Shown: positions 9,972-21,600, numbered from the stretch's first letter. The stretch: 64,000 nt of DNA from Actinomycetes bacterium (GCA_021852345.1 JAJZNL010000020.1:3144-67143), one strand, 5' to 3'. Notes: generated from the letters alone by a model not told the origin. A program made the numbers and translations.

Positions 9972-11030
9972 ATGGCAAACCATTCGTTCAAACAGATTCA
10001 AGTTGAACTCAATAAGTCTAAGTATGACATATTGGTTGGCAAAGATATCTTAAATGAAGTAACTAATTTTATTCCCGAAGGCACCAAGAAACTGGCTGTT
10101 ATTACTCAAAAAAATATAGGGATCATGCCGGATTTGCATGGCTATGACGTTACGGAACTTTATGTTGAGAATTCAGAGAATGCTAAGTCATTAGCTAATG
10201 TTGAAAAACTATGTGAAAGACTTGCCGAAGAAGGATTTCACAGAAATGACATGTTAATAGCGGTCGGCGGCGGAGTAGTGACCGATCTGAGTGGGTTTGT
10301 GGCATCCGTTTACAATCGGGGAATAAATTTTATTAATATTGCTACGACCTTGTTGGCCCAAGTCGATGCCGCTATTGGCGGAAAAACGGGAGTAAATCTT
10401 TCTGTCGGTAAAAACTTAGTAGGGGCATTTTGGCAACCCCTATGTGTCATTAACGATTTAGATACTCTTGCTACACTACCTGAAATTGAGATGTCCAACG
10501 GTTACGGCGAAATCGCCAAATATAGTCTGATCGGAGCCGGTAACTTTGATGGATTGAGCATTCAAGAGATCGTATTTAAATGTGCTCAGTTTAAAGCGGA
10601 TGTAGTTAAAGAAGACGAGTTTGAAATAACTGGCAGGCGAGCTATTTTAAATTACGGGCATACATTGGCTCATGCGATTGAGTTGGTGGCCTTAAATTCT
10701 GTTTTACCAGGTCAAAGACCTAAATTGAATCACGGGCAGGCAGTAGCGGTCGGAATTGCCTTTGAAGCTCATTTGGCTCAAAAACTGGGAAGAATAGATT
10801 CGGCTGAAGTCAGCCGACAAATTGAGACATTGGAATCATATTCCTTGCCGACAAAGATACCCAGTGAGTTAAAGACCGATGCGACGGAGCTGATTGAATT
10901 TATGTTCAAAGATAAGAAATCGACTGGAACCTTAGCATTTGTTTTAGATGGACCAAATGGCCCAGAATTGGTTAAAGATATTGACGTTGATAAGGTATCT
11001 ATTACGCTTGAAGAATTTTTCAAATCATAG
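9972..11030 (+). CDS. aroB: 3-dehydroquinate synthase
   Basis: 352 aa. GGGVVTDLSGFVAS nucleotide-binding motif and metal ligands in LNYGHTLAHAIE. Confidence 0.9.
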   Translation: MANHSFKQIQVELNKSKYDILVGKDILNEVTNFIPEGTKKLAVITQKNIGIMPDLHGYDVTELYVENSENAKSLANVEKLCERLAEEGFHRNDMLIAVGGGVVTDLSGFVASVYNRGINFINIATTLLAQVDAAIGGKTGVNLSVGKNLVGAFWQPLCVINDLDTLATLPEIEMSNGYGEIAKYSLIGAGNFDGLSIQEIVFKCAQFKADVVKEDEFEITGRRAILNYGHTLAHAIELVALNSVLPGQRPKLNHGQAVAVGIAFEAHLAQKLGRIDSAEVSRQIETLESYSLPTKIPSELKTDATELIEFMFKDKKSTGTLAFVLDGPNGPELVKDIDVDKVSITLEEFFKS

Positions 11031-11394
11031 TTTTAATTACTTTAAAGTAGTATTTAAATTTGAAACTATGTTTGATTGCCCGTTGCAACTGTTAAAGCGG
11101 TTTACCCAATAAAAGTATTCACGTAATATGTTGAATATTTTGTCAGAATCTATGATAATTTTAGTTTTGAGAAGTCTAGTTTTAAATTTCTCCAATAGCT
11201 AAATTGCAAATCGTGAATAGGGTAAAATTTTATTTAGATTTTGATTGAATGTTTTCGTCTATGGCTGTAACAGCGGAATTTTGCTTTACGTCGTACTTTA
11301 ATGGAGCCAATTGCAAAGTACCATAAAATGTTTAGACTTAAGTGTAAGTTAAACCTTAGAATAACTGAGACCAGAGATTTTAATTTAATAACGC

Positions 11395-11835
11395 ATGATA
11401 CATAAAATACTACTGATAAACGGACCTAACTTGTCTCAGCTGTCGATTCGTCAGCCAGATATATACGGTGATATGACGTTGGCCGATTATGAAAGCGTTG
11501 CAAAGAAGTCGGCCGTCGAGAACGATATTGAACTTGATTGTTTCAACTCCGAATCGGAGGCAGAAATTGTTGCGCAAATTCATCGGGCAAACGGATTGTA
11601 CGATGGCTTAATAGTAAATCTAGGAGCCTTGACACACTATTCATGGTCAATTAGTGATGCTCTGGCCGGTTATGGCGGTAAAGTAATCGAACTTCATATT
11701 TCTAATCCGGCGGCCAGAGAACCGCACAGACATGTTTCCGTAGTTGCGCCTGTAAGTGACGGGTTGATTTCGGGATTCGGATTACTGGGATACAAGCTGG
11801 CAATTGTGGCAATTAAGGGATTGCTTAACGGTTAA
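11395..11835 (+). CDS. aroQ: type II 3-dehydroquinate dehydratase
   Basis: 146 aa. LLINGPNL and ELHISNPAAREPHRH motifs. Confidence 0.9.
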   Translation: MIHKILLINGPNLSQLSIRQPDIYGDMTLADYESVAKKSAVENDIELDCFNSESEAEIVAQIHRANGLYDGLIVNLGALTHYSWSISDALAGYGGKVIELHISNPAAREPHRHVSVVAPVSDGLISGFGLLGYKLAIVAIKGLLNG

Positions 11836-11919
11836 AAATCTTTAACCACAGCTCATTTTAGATAGGCATAAAAAAAATCCTTCGTTATTAGTCAGGAAAG
11901 CACGATTGGCAAACGCATA

Positions 11920-13044
11920 ATGAAAAAAGTTAATGAGATACAGTTAGACAAATTACCGCAGATGGAAGTAGGGAAGAGAATTCCAAAGCTACTTCATTTG
12001 ATTTCGGATACTAACTTAGACGCTGTTGTGGTAACTAACCTAGTTAATATTAGATACTTAACTGGTTTCAGCGGCTCTGCAGGAATACTGGCAGTGCTTA
12101 AAAACGGGGAAGTGGCAATCTATACTGATGGACGGTACGGTATCCAGGTTGAACAAGAGCTTAAAGCGGCAAATGTCGCCGCCGAGATTATTGTGGCGTC
12201 TCCTAAAATTCAATTAAAAAAGTTAACTAAGTTCGTAAGAAACTCAAAAAAAATAGGTATTGAAGGTCAGAAAATAGCCTATGATACGGCTGCAAGATTT
12301 GCTTTAATATTTGAAGGTTCAGATATTGTGCCGTCAGGGAATTTGATTGAGAAGCTTCGTACCGTCAAAGACGAAGGCGAAATTGCTAGAATCGAAGCTG
12401 CGTGCAACGTGGCCGACAAGGCACTTGAAATGGCATCAAGTTTATTTAGGCCTGGCATTAGCGAACTTGATTTTGCCACGGAACTCGACTACAACATAAG
12501 ACTTATGGGTGCTTCAGCCAACTCGTTTGAATCGATAGTTGCGTCAGGTCCAAACGGCGCACTGCCTCACGCAAAACCGACAGCAAGGAAATTTGTACAG
12601 GGAGATTTGGTCGTATGTGATTTTGGGGCAATTGTTGATGGATACTGTTCGGATATGACCAGAACGGTGGCAATCGGAAAACCAAGTTCAGAATTACTGA
12701 AAATTTATAACATTGTCAAAGAAGCCCAGGAGTTAGGAGCTAATGCCGTTAAGTCGAGGGTCTCAACTACTAAAGTAGACAGGGCTTGTCGAGACTATAT
12801 AGGGCAGAAAGGATACAAGGAATATTTTACCCATTCGACAGGACATGGCGTAGGTCTGGACATTCATGAATTACCGTGGGTGGCATCTTCGTTTTCAACT
12901 AAACTTGTTGAAAACATGATTGTGACCGTTGAGCCTGGAATCTATCTTGAGGGTTTGGGCGGGGTAAGGATTGAAGATACCCTTGTGGTTACTGCCTCTG
13001 GTGGCAAAATTCTGACTAAAGCAACTAAGGAGCTAATGATATGA
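11920..13044 (+). CDS. M24-family Xaa-Pro aminopeptidase
   Basis: 374 aa. M24 metal-ligand blocks (DFGAIVDGYCSDMTR, HSTGHGVGLDIHE, EPGIY, GVRIED). Sits between aroQ and efp, as in actinobacterial pepQ/pepP. Confidence 0.8.
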   Translation: MKKVNEIQLDKLPQMEVGKRIPKLLHLISDTNLDAVVVTNLVNIRYLTGFSGSAGILAVLKNGEVAIYTDGRYGIQVEQELKAANVAAEIIVASPKIQLKKLTKFVRNSKKIGIEGQKIAYDTAARFALIFEGSDIVPSGNLIEKLRTVKDEGEIARIEAACNVADKALEMASSLFRPGISELDFATELDYNIRLMGASANSFESIVASGPNGALPHAKPTARKFVQGDLVVCDFGAIVDGYCSDMTRTVAIGKPSSELLKIYNIVKEAQELGANAVKSRVSTTKVDRACRDYIGQKGYKEYFTHSTGHGVGLDIHELPWVASSFSTKLVENMIVTVEPGIYLEGLGGVRIEDTLVVTASGGKILTKATKELMI

Positions 13045-13604
13045 GCAGTATCTCTACAAACGATTTAAAAAATGGAATGGGGCTGGAACTTTCCGACGGG
13101 TTATTTACCGTTATTGAATTTCAGCACGTAAAACCCGGTAAAGGCGGTGCTTTCGTACGAACAAAGCTTAGAAATGTTCGAACCAAAGGGGTTCTTGAGA
13201 AGACTTTTAGAGCCGACGAAAAAGTCGAGCAGGCTGTTATAGATAAATCTGAAATGCAGTATCTTTATCGTGAAGGAAATAATGTGGTATTTATGGATGC
13301 GCAAACTTATGAGCAAATCAGTGTATCTTCTCAGAGCTTAGGTGAAGCTATATCTTTTTTGAAAGAGGGCGAATCGGTAAGCTTGCAGCGTTATAAGGAT
13401 GAAGTAATCGGAATCGAGCTACCCGCAGCGGTTGAGTTATTGGTAGTGGAGACCGAACCCGGAATTCAAGGAGACAGAGTATCGGGTGCGCGTAAGCCGG
13501 CGACGCTGGAGACTGGTTTTGTGGTTCAGGTACCTTTGTTCGTTAATCCCAATGAAAAGATAAAAGTTGACACCAGAACCGGCGAATATTTAACTCGAGC
13601 TTAA
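13041..13604 (+). CDS. efp: elongation factor P
   Basis: 187 aa. KPGKGGAFVRTKLRN loop. ATGA overlap with the upstream gene. Confidence 0.95.
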   Translation: MSSISTNDLKNGMGLELSDGLFTVIEFQHVKPGKGGAFVRTKLRNVRTKGVLEKTFRADEKVEQAVIDKSEMQYLYREGNNVVFMDAQTYEQISVSSQSLGEAISFLKEGESVSLQRYKDEVIGIELPAAVELLVVETEPGIQGDRVSGARKPATLETGFVVQVPLFVNPNEKIKVDTRTGEYLTRA

Positions 13605-13637
13605 GTCAACGGATCTAAAGTTCAATCAATTAATCTT

Positions 13638-14048
13638 GTGACCAATACGAAAGAACACATTAACGTCGTTAATCGTGAAAGAGCGGTCGAGTTCTTTTAT
13701 AAGATTGATCTTTTAAATTCAGCTGATACCAACTTTCTAAAAGACGTTTCCGCTTGGCCTAAAAGCTATTCTTATGCCCGTAATATCGTCGAATACTATT
13801 TTAAGAATTCTGACGGAGTAGACCGTCTAATAACAGAGAACTTAATCGACTGGAAACTTAGTAGGCTCCCATTTATAGACAGAGCGATTCTGCGCGTAGG
13901 ATTTTCCGAGCTTATTTTGGGATTGACTCCTAAAGGTGTAGTCTTAAACGAAGCTGTCAGATTGGCAAATGAGTATTCGGGCGTTGAATCTCCAAACTTC
14001 ATAAATGGAGTACTGGCTAAATTTGCAAGTAGTTTAAATCTCAAATAG
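13638..14048 (+). CDS. nusB: transcription antitermination factor NusB
   Basis: 136 aa with GTG start. Lies after efp. C-terminal NEAV.LA..Y and FINGVL motifs. Confidence 0.85.
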   Translation: MTNTKEHINVVNRERAVEFFYKIDLLNSADTNFLKDVSAWPKSYSYARNIVEYYFKNSDGVDRLITENLIDWKLSRLPFIDRAILRVGFSELILGLTPKGVVLNEAVRLANEYSGVESPNFINGVLAKFASSLNLK

Positions 14049-14486
14049 TTTAATCCGCTTTATTAATCCAATTGAAAGCTCTTAGCGATTTGGACGATAC
14101 GAATATTAATTAAATATTTTTAATAGATTAAATCGGCTGTAGGGATTTTTGGAGCATAGTGATACTGTTTTTAGCGAAAATCGACAGCAAGTTCTGACAT
14201 TTGCAAAAGTTGTTTGGATTATCCGCATTGATAATTTTGACACAGCAATGTGAAAACTTTGAGACGGTAGTAGCTTTTAACAGAGTTATGGCCAGTGCCA
14301 GATAGATTAAATTTCAGCTCTTATGGCTATTTTCTCTTCTATACTTAATCGGTAATTAGTTCATCGCAACTTGCTAACCTTTTTTAATCTAGAACATGCA
14401 ACAATTTAATCATCTAGTTGCGATTATAATAGATTAAGTAGTTGATGCGAGCTGTAAATGTCGCGAGCCTAAATAACATACGTTAA

Positions 14487-14506
14487 TTAAATCCTGAGAG
14501 ATTTGA
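14487..14506 (+). promoter_or_regulatory. candidate PyrR-binding RNA hairpin
   Basis: AAAUC-CUGAGA-GAUUU stem-loop. AAUCCUGAGAGAUU matches 12 of 14 positions of the PyrR binding-loop consensus ARUCCAGAGAGGYU. It ends 14 nt before the GTG at 14520. Confidence 0.45.
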
Positions 14507-14519
14507 ACGGTTTAAAAGA

Positions 14520-15233
14520 GTGAATCAAAAAGAGAAAAAAAATTTAGTTCGGGCACAAATTGCCGACAAGTCTATAAACAACTATTCAATAAAATCTGCG
14601 GGGGATTCAAATCAATTTGAAGCAGATACTACCTTAAATTCTGAGTTAGATAATAACTACGTCGAAAATACGGTTTTTGATGAATCTTTCAGTTTAATCA
14701 CCGAAGAAACTCCGAGTTTTCAAAAGAGATTGATGGATACTCAGGCGATTCGTAGATCTTTAGTTCGGATTTCTCACGAGATACTCGAAACAAACAGAGG
14801 CGTAGACAATCTTGTTTTACTAGGTTTGGCAAACGGGGGTGTTGAAATCTCTGCGACCATTGGAAAACTTATATCAGATATTGAAAAGATAGAGATTCCT
14901 AACTTTATCCTTAATGCAAGTAAGCATAGAGACGACTTTGGAATTAGGGCAGAAAAAGATGTCTTGGGATCGACCATTTCTATTGGTTTGGAAAATAAGC
15001 ATGTCGTTTTAGTAGACGATGTTTTATATACCGGGCGCACGGTTCGAGCCGCATTTCAAGCCCTTCTGGAGTATGGTCGTCCGGATTTCGTAAAATTGGC
15101 AGTTCTGATTGACAGGGGACACCGCGAATTTCCTATCCGTCCTGATTTTGTGGGCAAGAATATACCAACTTCTTTAACCGAAAAAGTTACGGTTAAAGAT
15201 ACCGGGGTATGGTTGGAAAAATATGAGGCATAA
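14520..15233 (+). CDS. pyrR: bifunctional pyr operon regulator / uracil phosphoribosyltransferase PyrR
   Basis: Homology begins near QKRLMDTQAIRRSLVRISHEILE. PRPP motif VVLVDDVLYTGRT, then DRGHRE.P. The first ~65 aa are a low-complexity extension. The only other canonical in-frame starts are TTG 14730 and ATG 14733. Confidence 0.85.
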   Translation: MNQKEKKNLVRAQIADKSINNYSIKSAGDSNQFEADTTLNSELDNNYVENTVFDESFSLITEETPSFQKRLMDTQAIRRSLVRISHEILETNRGVDNLVLLGLANGGVEISATIGKLISDIEKIEIPNFILNASKHRDDFGIRAEKDVLGSTISIGLENKHVVLVDDVLYTGRTVRAAFQALLEYGRPDFVKLAVLIDRGHREFPIRPDFVGKNIPTSLTEKVTVKDTGVWLEKYEA

Positions 15234-16194
15234 TTTTATTGATATTGAAGACTTTAGTGCTCACGAATTAAGCGAATTAGCAGTTCGCGCCGAATTTTTA
15301 AAGAATACGGACTTGTCTAGTCCGATATTCATGGAAAACAAAAATAAAATATTAGCCCTGATTTTTTTGGAAAATTCAACTCGCACCCGGATATCGTTTG
15401 AAATCGCTGCCAAGAAATTGGGTCTGACCGTTATCGGTTTTGATTCTGAAAAATCATCTTTGGAAAAAGGGGAGTCGATCAAAGATACCGTTCTTACTTT
15501 AAAGGCATTGGGTGTAAATGCCATTGTTTTGAGAGCAAGCTCTGCAAGCTCTATCAATCAAGTTGCGAAATGGATTCAAATTCCCGTGATTAATGCCGGA
15601 AATGCAATGCGAAGTCATCCCACACAGGCAATCGGTGATTTTATTACGATACGAGAGGCAATAAAAGATAGAAAGTTTGTTGACGCGGGCATTGCTTCTC
15701 CAGATGAATTTTCAAAATTGAAAATTGGCATTGTCGGAGATATCATTCACTCGCGTGTGGCAAGATCTTTGGGGGAACTGTTTGAGAAATTTGGAGCAAG
15801 TACATATTTAATCGGTCCTAGGGAATTGTTGCCTCGCTATGACATCGGGTTTCCGGTAAAAATGATAACGGATGATTTTGGTGATTGCATCCAAGACTTG
15901 GATATCATTATCGCATTGCGGATTCAGTTGGAGCGATTAAGGGAACCGTTTCTGGTTAATCCAATCAATTACAGAGATCGTTATGGAATAACTAAGTCTT
16001 TGATGGCAGATGCAAAGCCTACTGCTCTGGTTATGCATCCAGGACCTCAGGTCCGTGATTTAGAAATTGATTCAGATATTGTGGATTCTGATTGTTCGTT
16101 GATATTAAAGCAGGTGGAGAATTCAATATATGCCAGAATGGCTGTACTATCAACCGCTTTAAATATTGATATCGAAGGGGTCATGAGAAAATGA
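15223..16194 (+). CDS. pyrB: aspartate carbamoyltransferase catalytic subunit
   Basis: ENSTRTRISFE and SHPTQ motifs. 323 aa. Overlaps the pyrR end. Confidence 0.9.
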   Translation: MRHNFIDIEDFSAHELSELAVRAEFLKNTDLSSPIFMENKNKILALIFLENSTRTRISFEIAAKKLGLTVIGFDSEKSSLEKGESIKDTVLTLKALGVNAIVLRASSASSINQVAKWIQIPVINAGNAMRSHPTQAIGDFITIREAIKDRKFVDAGIASPDEFSKLKIGIVGDIIHSRVARSLGELFEKFGASTYLIGPRELLPRYDIGFPVKMITDDFGDCIQDLDIIIALRIQLERLREPFLVNPINYRDRYGITKSLMADAKPTALVMHPGPQVRDLEIDSDIVDSDCSLILKQVENSIYARMAVLSTALNIDIEGVMRK

Positions 16195-17540
16195 CGATTT
16201 CGGCGAAAGCTCTGTTATTAAAAGGCGGTTGGACGCTAGACGATTCGGAATTTAAAAAAACGGATGTTTTAATTGATCCCGATGGAATAGTTATAGCTCT
16301 TGAAGACGAAGTTGACTTGAGTAGATTCAATCTTCAATCTACTCAAGTAGAGATATTCAATGTTCAAAATTTGTTAATTGCCCCGCCGTTTGTGGATATG
16401 CATTGCCACCTGCGCGCAATAGGGTTAATATCCGAAACCTTTAATTCCGGCATTCGTGCCGCTGTTAAAGGCGGTTTCGGGCACCTAGTTGCAATGCCCA
16501 ATACTGAGCCTGCCATGGATGACGTTAAAATAGTCGACCTTGCAAGACAGATGATTGGGCAATCAACGAATCTTGGTGTTGAAGTTGAGATTTCTTCGGC
16601 AATAACTCTTGGTCGAAGAGGTGAAGTTGTGGTAGATTTTGAGGCATTAATTGCCGATAACGTCAAATATTTTACCGATGACGGAAGCGGGGTAATTGAC
16701 GATACCTTGATGCTGAAGGCAATCGAATTGCTTGAGAACACAGGATGTATTTTGGCCCAACATCTTCAAGGCGTTACTGTTGGCGAATTGGGAGTGATGA
16801 ATCTTGGGGACACATCCACAAAACTTGGACTTCCCGGAATTGATAAAAATGCCGAAGTCACAATGCTTAAAAGAGATATTGATTTAATTGCAAATAGGTC
16901 CGTGCGATATCATGCCATGCATATTTCGGTGTCTGAATCAGTTGAAATTATAAAACACGCTAAGGAAGCGGGGGTGAATATTACTTGTGAAGTAACGCCC
17001 CATCACCTTTTGCTCGACGAAACCGAACTATTGACACTTGACCCTAACTTCAAAGTTAATCCACCTCTTCGTACGAAAACTGATGTACGAAGCCTTAGAG
17101 AGGCATTGTCCGAGGGGATTATAGATGTAATAGCAACTGATCACGCTCCGCATAGGAGCGCACAGAAGGAGCTTCCAATCGAAGTAGCTCCTTTTGGCAT
17201 GCTGGGACTTCAAAGTGCATTTTCTGCGGCATTTACCTCTTTAATATCAGATAGAAGAGTTGAAACTATAGCGGATTGTAAATCTGAACTTCAAACGATT
17301 GTAAAGGCGATGTCTTTAAACCCTCGAAAAATTTTGGGAATTAAAGGCGGTATTTTGAAAATTAATGAAAAAGCCAATTTAATAGTGATAGATCCGTTAA
17401 AGCGAACGATCCAAACTGAAAATGACATTGAATCTCAGTCTATCAACAGCCCCTATCTCAACAGACCTCTGTACGGTTCAATAGAACACGTATTTTTAAA
17501 TGGAAATCAAATAGTTACGGAAAAGAAGTTAACAAAATGA
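16191..17540 (+). CDS. pyrC: dihydroorotase
   Basis: DMHCHLR (HxH) and ATDHAPH motifs. ATGA overlaps on both sides. Confidence 0.85.
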   Translation: MTISAKALLLKGGWTLDDSEFKKTDVLIDPDGIVIALEDEVDLSRFNLQSTQVEIFNVQNLLIAPPFVDMHCHLRAIGLISETFNSGIRAAVKGGFGHLVAMPNTEPAMDDVKIVDLARQMIGQSTNLGVEVEISSAITLGRRGEVVVDFEALIADNVKYFTDDGSGVIDDTLMLKAIELLENTGCILAQHLQGVTVGELGVMNLGDTSTKLGLPGIDKNAEVTMLKRDIDLIANRSVRYHAMHISVSESVEIIKHAKEAGVNITCEVTPHHLLLDETELLTLDPNFKVNPPLRTKTDVRSLREALSEGIIDVIATDHAPHRSAQKELPIEVAPFGMLGLQSAFSAAFTSLISDRRVETIADCKSELQTIVKAMSLNPRKILGIKGGILKINEKANLIVIDPLKRTIQTENDIESQSINSPYLNRPLYGSIEHVFLNGNQIVTEKKLTK

Positions 17541-18691
17541 ACGACAACACTATAAAGGCCGAAAATATTATTGACCACAGTGAACTTAGCTACCCCAGCG
17601 CAAACAACGGAATGCCAGGACACTTGGTATTGGCAAACGGAGAAATCTTTAAAGGTGAAATTGTTGGCGACGTTAAGCCGTTTACTAGCGGTGAAATTGT
17701 TTTCAATACGTCATTAAGCGGATATCAAGAGATCATAACGGATCCTTCCTATGCGGGCCAAATTATAACATTTACGTATCCGCATATCGGCAACTACGGT
17801 GTTAACGATATCGATTATGAATCCAATCGACCGTACTGCAGAGGAATAATCGTAAGAGAGATTACAGATATTCAATCAAATTTCAGATCTCAAGGTTCCT
17901 TAAACAGCTTTTTAAAATCCAAAGGATTAAGCGCTCTAGTAGGCATCGACACAAGAAGGCTTACCCGTCAAATACGAAGCAGCGGAGCTTTAAACGGTGC
18001 TTTCGGTACTTTGCCCGTTGATGAACTTTTGGCAATTGCAAAAGACGAACCTGGAACCAGTAACGCAAATCTGGTTAAAGAAGTAACGATAGATCAACCC
18101 TTTAATTTGTCGGGACCCGGGCCGAAAATTGTCGCATATGATTTTGGGATTAAACGAACAATTCTTACGCATTTAAAATCACGCTTTGATGTAACGGTTG
18201 TTCCTGCCAACTCCGACGCCGAGTCAGTTATTAAAGGAGAGTTTACCCAAGGACCGCCGGATGGAATATTCTTGTCAAACGGACCTGGCGACCCGGCCGC
18301 CCTCGGTGACATAGTTGCAAATATGGATAAATTGATTTCTAGGCTGCCAATTTTCGGGATTTGTCTAGGCCATCAAATATTGTGCCAAGTTTATGGTGCA
18401 ACTACCGTCAAGCTGCCGTTCGGTCATCACGGTGCAAATCATCCAGTCAAAAGGTTGTCGGATGGTTTTGTGGAGATCACTTCCCAAAATCATTCCTATG
18501 CAGTTGAAGAATCATCGCTTTTAAAGCTAGAAGTTACACATAGAAATTTGAATGACGGAATCGTTGAAGGAGTCAGCGACTCTGGGAACAAACTCTTTTC
18601 GGTTCAGTATCATCCTGAAGCAGGCCCTGGACCTCACGATTCGACATATCTATTCGACCAATTTTTAGAACTTGTAAAGGATAACATCTAA
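17537..18691 (+). CDS. carA: carbamoyl-phosphate synthase small (glutaminase) subunit
   Basis: GICLGHQ catalytic Cys motif and HPE triad region ([12 protein letters not shown]). Confidence 0.9.
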   Translation: MNDNTIKAENIIDHSELSYPSANNGMPGHLVLANGEIFKGEIVGDVKPFTSGEIVFNTSLSGYQEIITDPSYAGQIITFTYPHIGNYGVNDIDYESNRPYCRGIIVREITDIQSNFRSQGSLNSFLKSKGLSALVGIDTRRLTRQIRSSGALNGAFGTLPVDELLAIAKDEPGTSNANLVKEVTIDQPFNLSGPGPKIVAYDFGIKRTILTHLKSRFDVTVVPANSDAESVIKGEFTQGPPDGIFLSNGPGDPAALGDIVANMDKLISRLPIFGICLGHQILCQVYGATTVKLPFGHHGANHPVKRLSDGFVEITSQNHSYAVEESSLLKLEVTHRNLNDGIVEGVSDSGNKLFSVQYHPEAGPGPHDSTYLFDQFLELVKDNI

Positions 18692-21600
18692 TGGGTAAAA
18701 GAGAAGACATTAAATCGATATTGGTTATCGGCTCCGGACCGATTGTTATCGGACAGGCTTGCGAGTTTGACTATTCGGGCACTCAGGCATGCAAGGTTTT
18801 AATGCAGGAAGGCTACGAAGTTATATTAGTTAACTCAAATCCAGCCACCATTATGACGGACCCTAACGTGGCTACAAAAACATATATCGAACCGCTTAAC
18901 GCAGAAGTATTGAAGAAGATTATATTGAAGGAAAAACCCGATGCCCTTCTGCCGACACTCGGGGGACAGACGGCTTTGAATCTATCCATGGAACTCTATC
19001 GTCAAAATTTTTTGAACGAACAAAACGTTGAGATGATTGGAGCTAATGCAAAATCCATTGAATGTGCCGAGAATAGGGATACGTTTAAAAAGGCGATGGA
19101 AGAGATCGGACTTAAAGTCTGTCGCTCCGGAATAGCCAATTCAATCGAAGAAGCCGTTGAATTGGCTGAAACTATTGGATTTCCGATAATGATAAGACCA
19201 TCTTTTATATTGGGTGGCGCTGGTACTGGGATAGCTAAAAACAGAGAATCATTTTTAAAGCTTGCTACCGAAGGAATAAATTCCTCTCCCGTTCATGAAA
19301 TATTGATAGAAGAATCTATCGCGGGGTTTAAGGAATTTGAGCTTGAAGTGATGAGGGACAATGCGGATAATTGTGTAATTATCTGTTCGATTGAAAACCT
19401 TGACCCGATGGGTGTTCATACCGGCGATTCGATAACTGTGGCACCGCAACAGACTCTCAGTGATGTTGAGTATCAGATGATGAGAGATCAAGCCTTTAAA
19501 ATCATACGAAAAGTGGGCGTGGAAACTGGCGGATCCAACATTCAATTTGCCGTTAATCCAACCAACGGAGAGATGACCGTCATTGAAATGAACCCCAGAG
19601 TTTCGCGAAGCTCGGCTCTGGCTTCGAAAGCAACTGGCTTCCCGATCGCCAAAATAGCGGCCAAACTTGCAGTCGGCTACCGATTGGATGAGGTATTAAA
19701 TGATATAACAAAAGTAACTCCGGCAAGTTTTGAACCTACGATTGACTATGTCGTAACTAAAATTCCCCGATTTGCATTTGAAAAATTGCCGGGTACTAGC
19801 GGTAATTTGGGAACGAGGATGCAAAGTGTCGGGGAGGTCATGGCCATCGGAAGAACATTCGGAGAATCTTTGCAGAAAGCCATAAGGAGTAAAGAAGAAG
19901 ACAGATTCGGATTAAATTGTGATACCAGAGAAGAGGTCTATACGGCATTAAGCACAGATGAGTTATTAGATCAGATTGTAGTTGCCACCCCAGACAGAAT
20001 ATTTTTGATGGCCGAACTTCTATATCGCGGGCTGACGATTCAAGAACTTTACGACGTAACTAAAATTGACAATTGGTTTTTAAACCAAATGGACAGAATT
20101 GTACAATTTAGAAAATACATGGAGCGAGCCGCAAAGTCAGTTTCCATAAAAGATTGTGGGTACGATTTATTAAAGAAGGCGAAAAACCTTGGGTTTTCTG
20201 AGGAACAGTTGGCAAAAATATTCAACTGTCCACCTGAGGCGATAAGAGAGCGACTCAAAGAGTTAAATATAAATGTGACCTTCAAAGCGGTGGATACCTG
20301 TGCGGGAGAGTTCGAGGCCTTTACGCCATATTTTTATGCGACATTCGAAGACGAAACCGAACTTTTAAAATCACAAAAGAACAAAATTATTATTTTGGGT
20401 TCGGGGCCTAACAGAATTGGCCAGGGAATCGAATTTGATTACTGCTGTGTCCATGCTTCAATGGCACTACAGGAAGCTGGGTACGAAACCATAATGGTTA
20501 ATTGTAACCCTGAGACCGTTTCGACAGATTATGATACCTCCACAAAACTTTATTTTGAACCACTTACGGAGTCGGATTTAAAAAATATAATTGATGCCGA
20601 AAAGGACGCTTGTGAAGATGGGAGTCAATTAGCGGGGGTAATCGTGGGGTTGGGAGGTCAGACTCCCCTAAAGCTGGCAGGTTCAATTGATCCAAAATTA
20701 ATTTTGGGAACATCACCTAAATCCATTGACAGAGCTGAAGATAGAGATTTGTGGTCGAAAGTTTGTCAGGAGCTCAACATTACTCAGCCGCTGGGCGGTA
20801 CGGCTCTTAATTTAGATGAGGCCTTAAAGGTAGCCGGCAATATCGGTTTCCCGGTTTTAATTAGGCCGAGCTATGTATTGGGAGGTCGCGCCATGGAAAT
20901 AGTTTACAATGAAGATGATCTAGTAGATGCCTGGAAGCAGTTGGAGTTATTTGAAGGTGTGGCACTAAAGGAGAATAATTCATTTGACCATCCAGTCTTA
21001 ATTGACAGATTTTTAGAAGACGCTGTTGAAGTGGATGTCGATGCGATAAGAGACAAGAATGGGTCGGTTATTATTGGTGGAATTTTAGAGCATGTTGAAG
21101 AAGCCGGCGTACACAGTGGCGATTCGGCTTGTGCAATCCCGACTCAGAACTTGTCTGCTGATATTGTAGCCACCATTGAAGATCAAGCAGCGCGGTTGGC
21201 ACATGAACTCAATGTGATAGGACCAATTAACGTACAGTTCGCAGTCCAGAAGAACGAAGTCTACGTAATAGAAGCCAATCCGAGAGCCTCCAGAACTCTG
21301 CCTTTCACCTCAAAGGCAATTAATATTCCTCTGGCAAAAATAGCGGCTTTAGTTATGGCCGGACATACGATTCAAGAAATACAGGCAATTGGTTATTTGC
21401 CTGAGAAGATGCCGCTTGGCCCGAGTTCCAACATAAATTTATCATTTCATCTTCCGTATGTAGCAGTAAAAGAAGCAGTACTTCCGTTTTATCGGTTTCC
21501 GGAAGTCGACTCTCTTTTGGGTCCGGAGATGAGATCGACCGGAGAAGTTATGGGAGTAGATTTAAATTTTGGAACGGCATTCGCAAAAAGTCAGATGGCA

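Noticed and set aside
14494-14500. CUGAGA, which is also the core of TPP riboswitches.
   Set aside because: There are no accompanying TPP-riboswitch elements (no ACCUGAUCUGGAUAAUGCCAGCG-like arm), and the context is the pyr operon. A PyrR box fits better.
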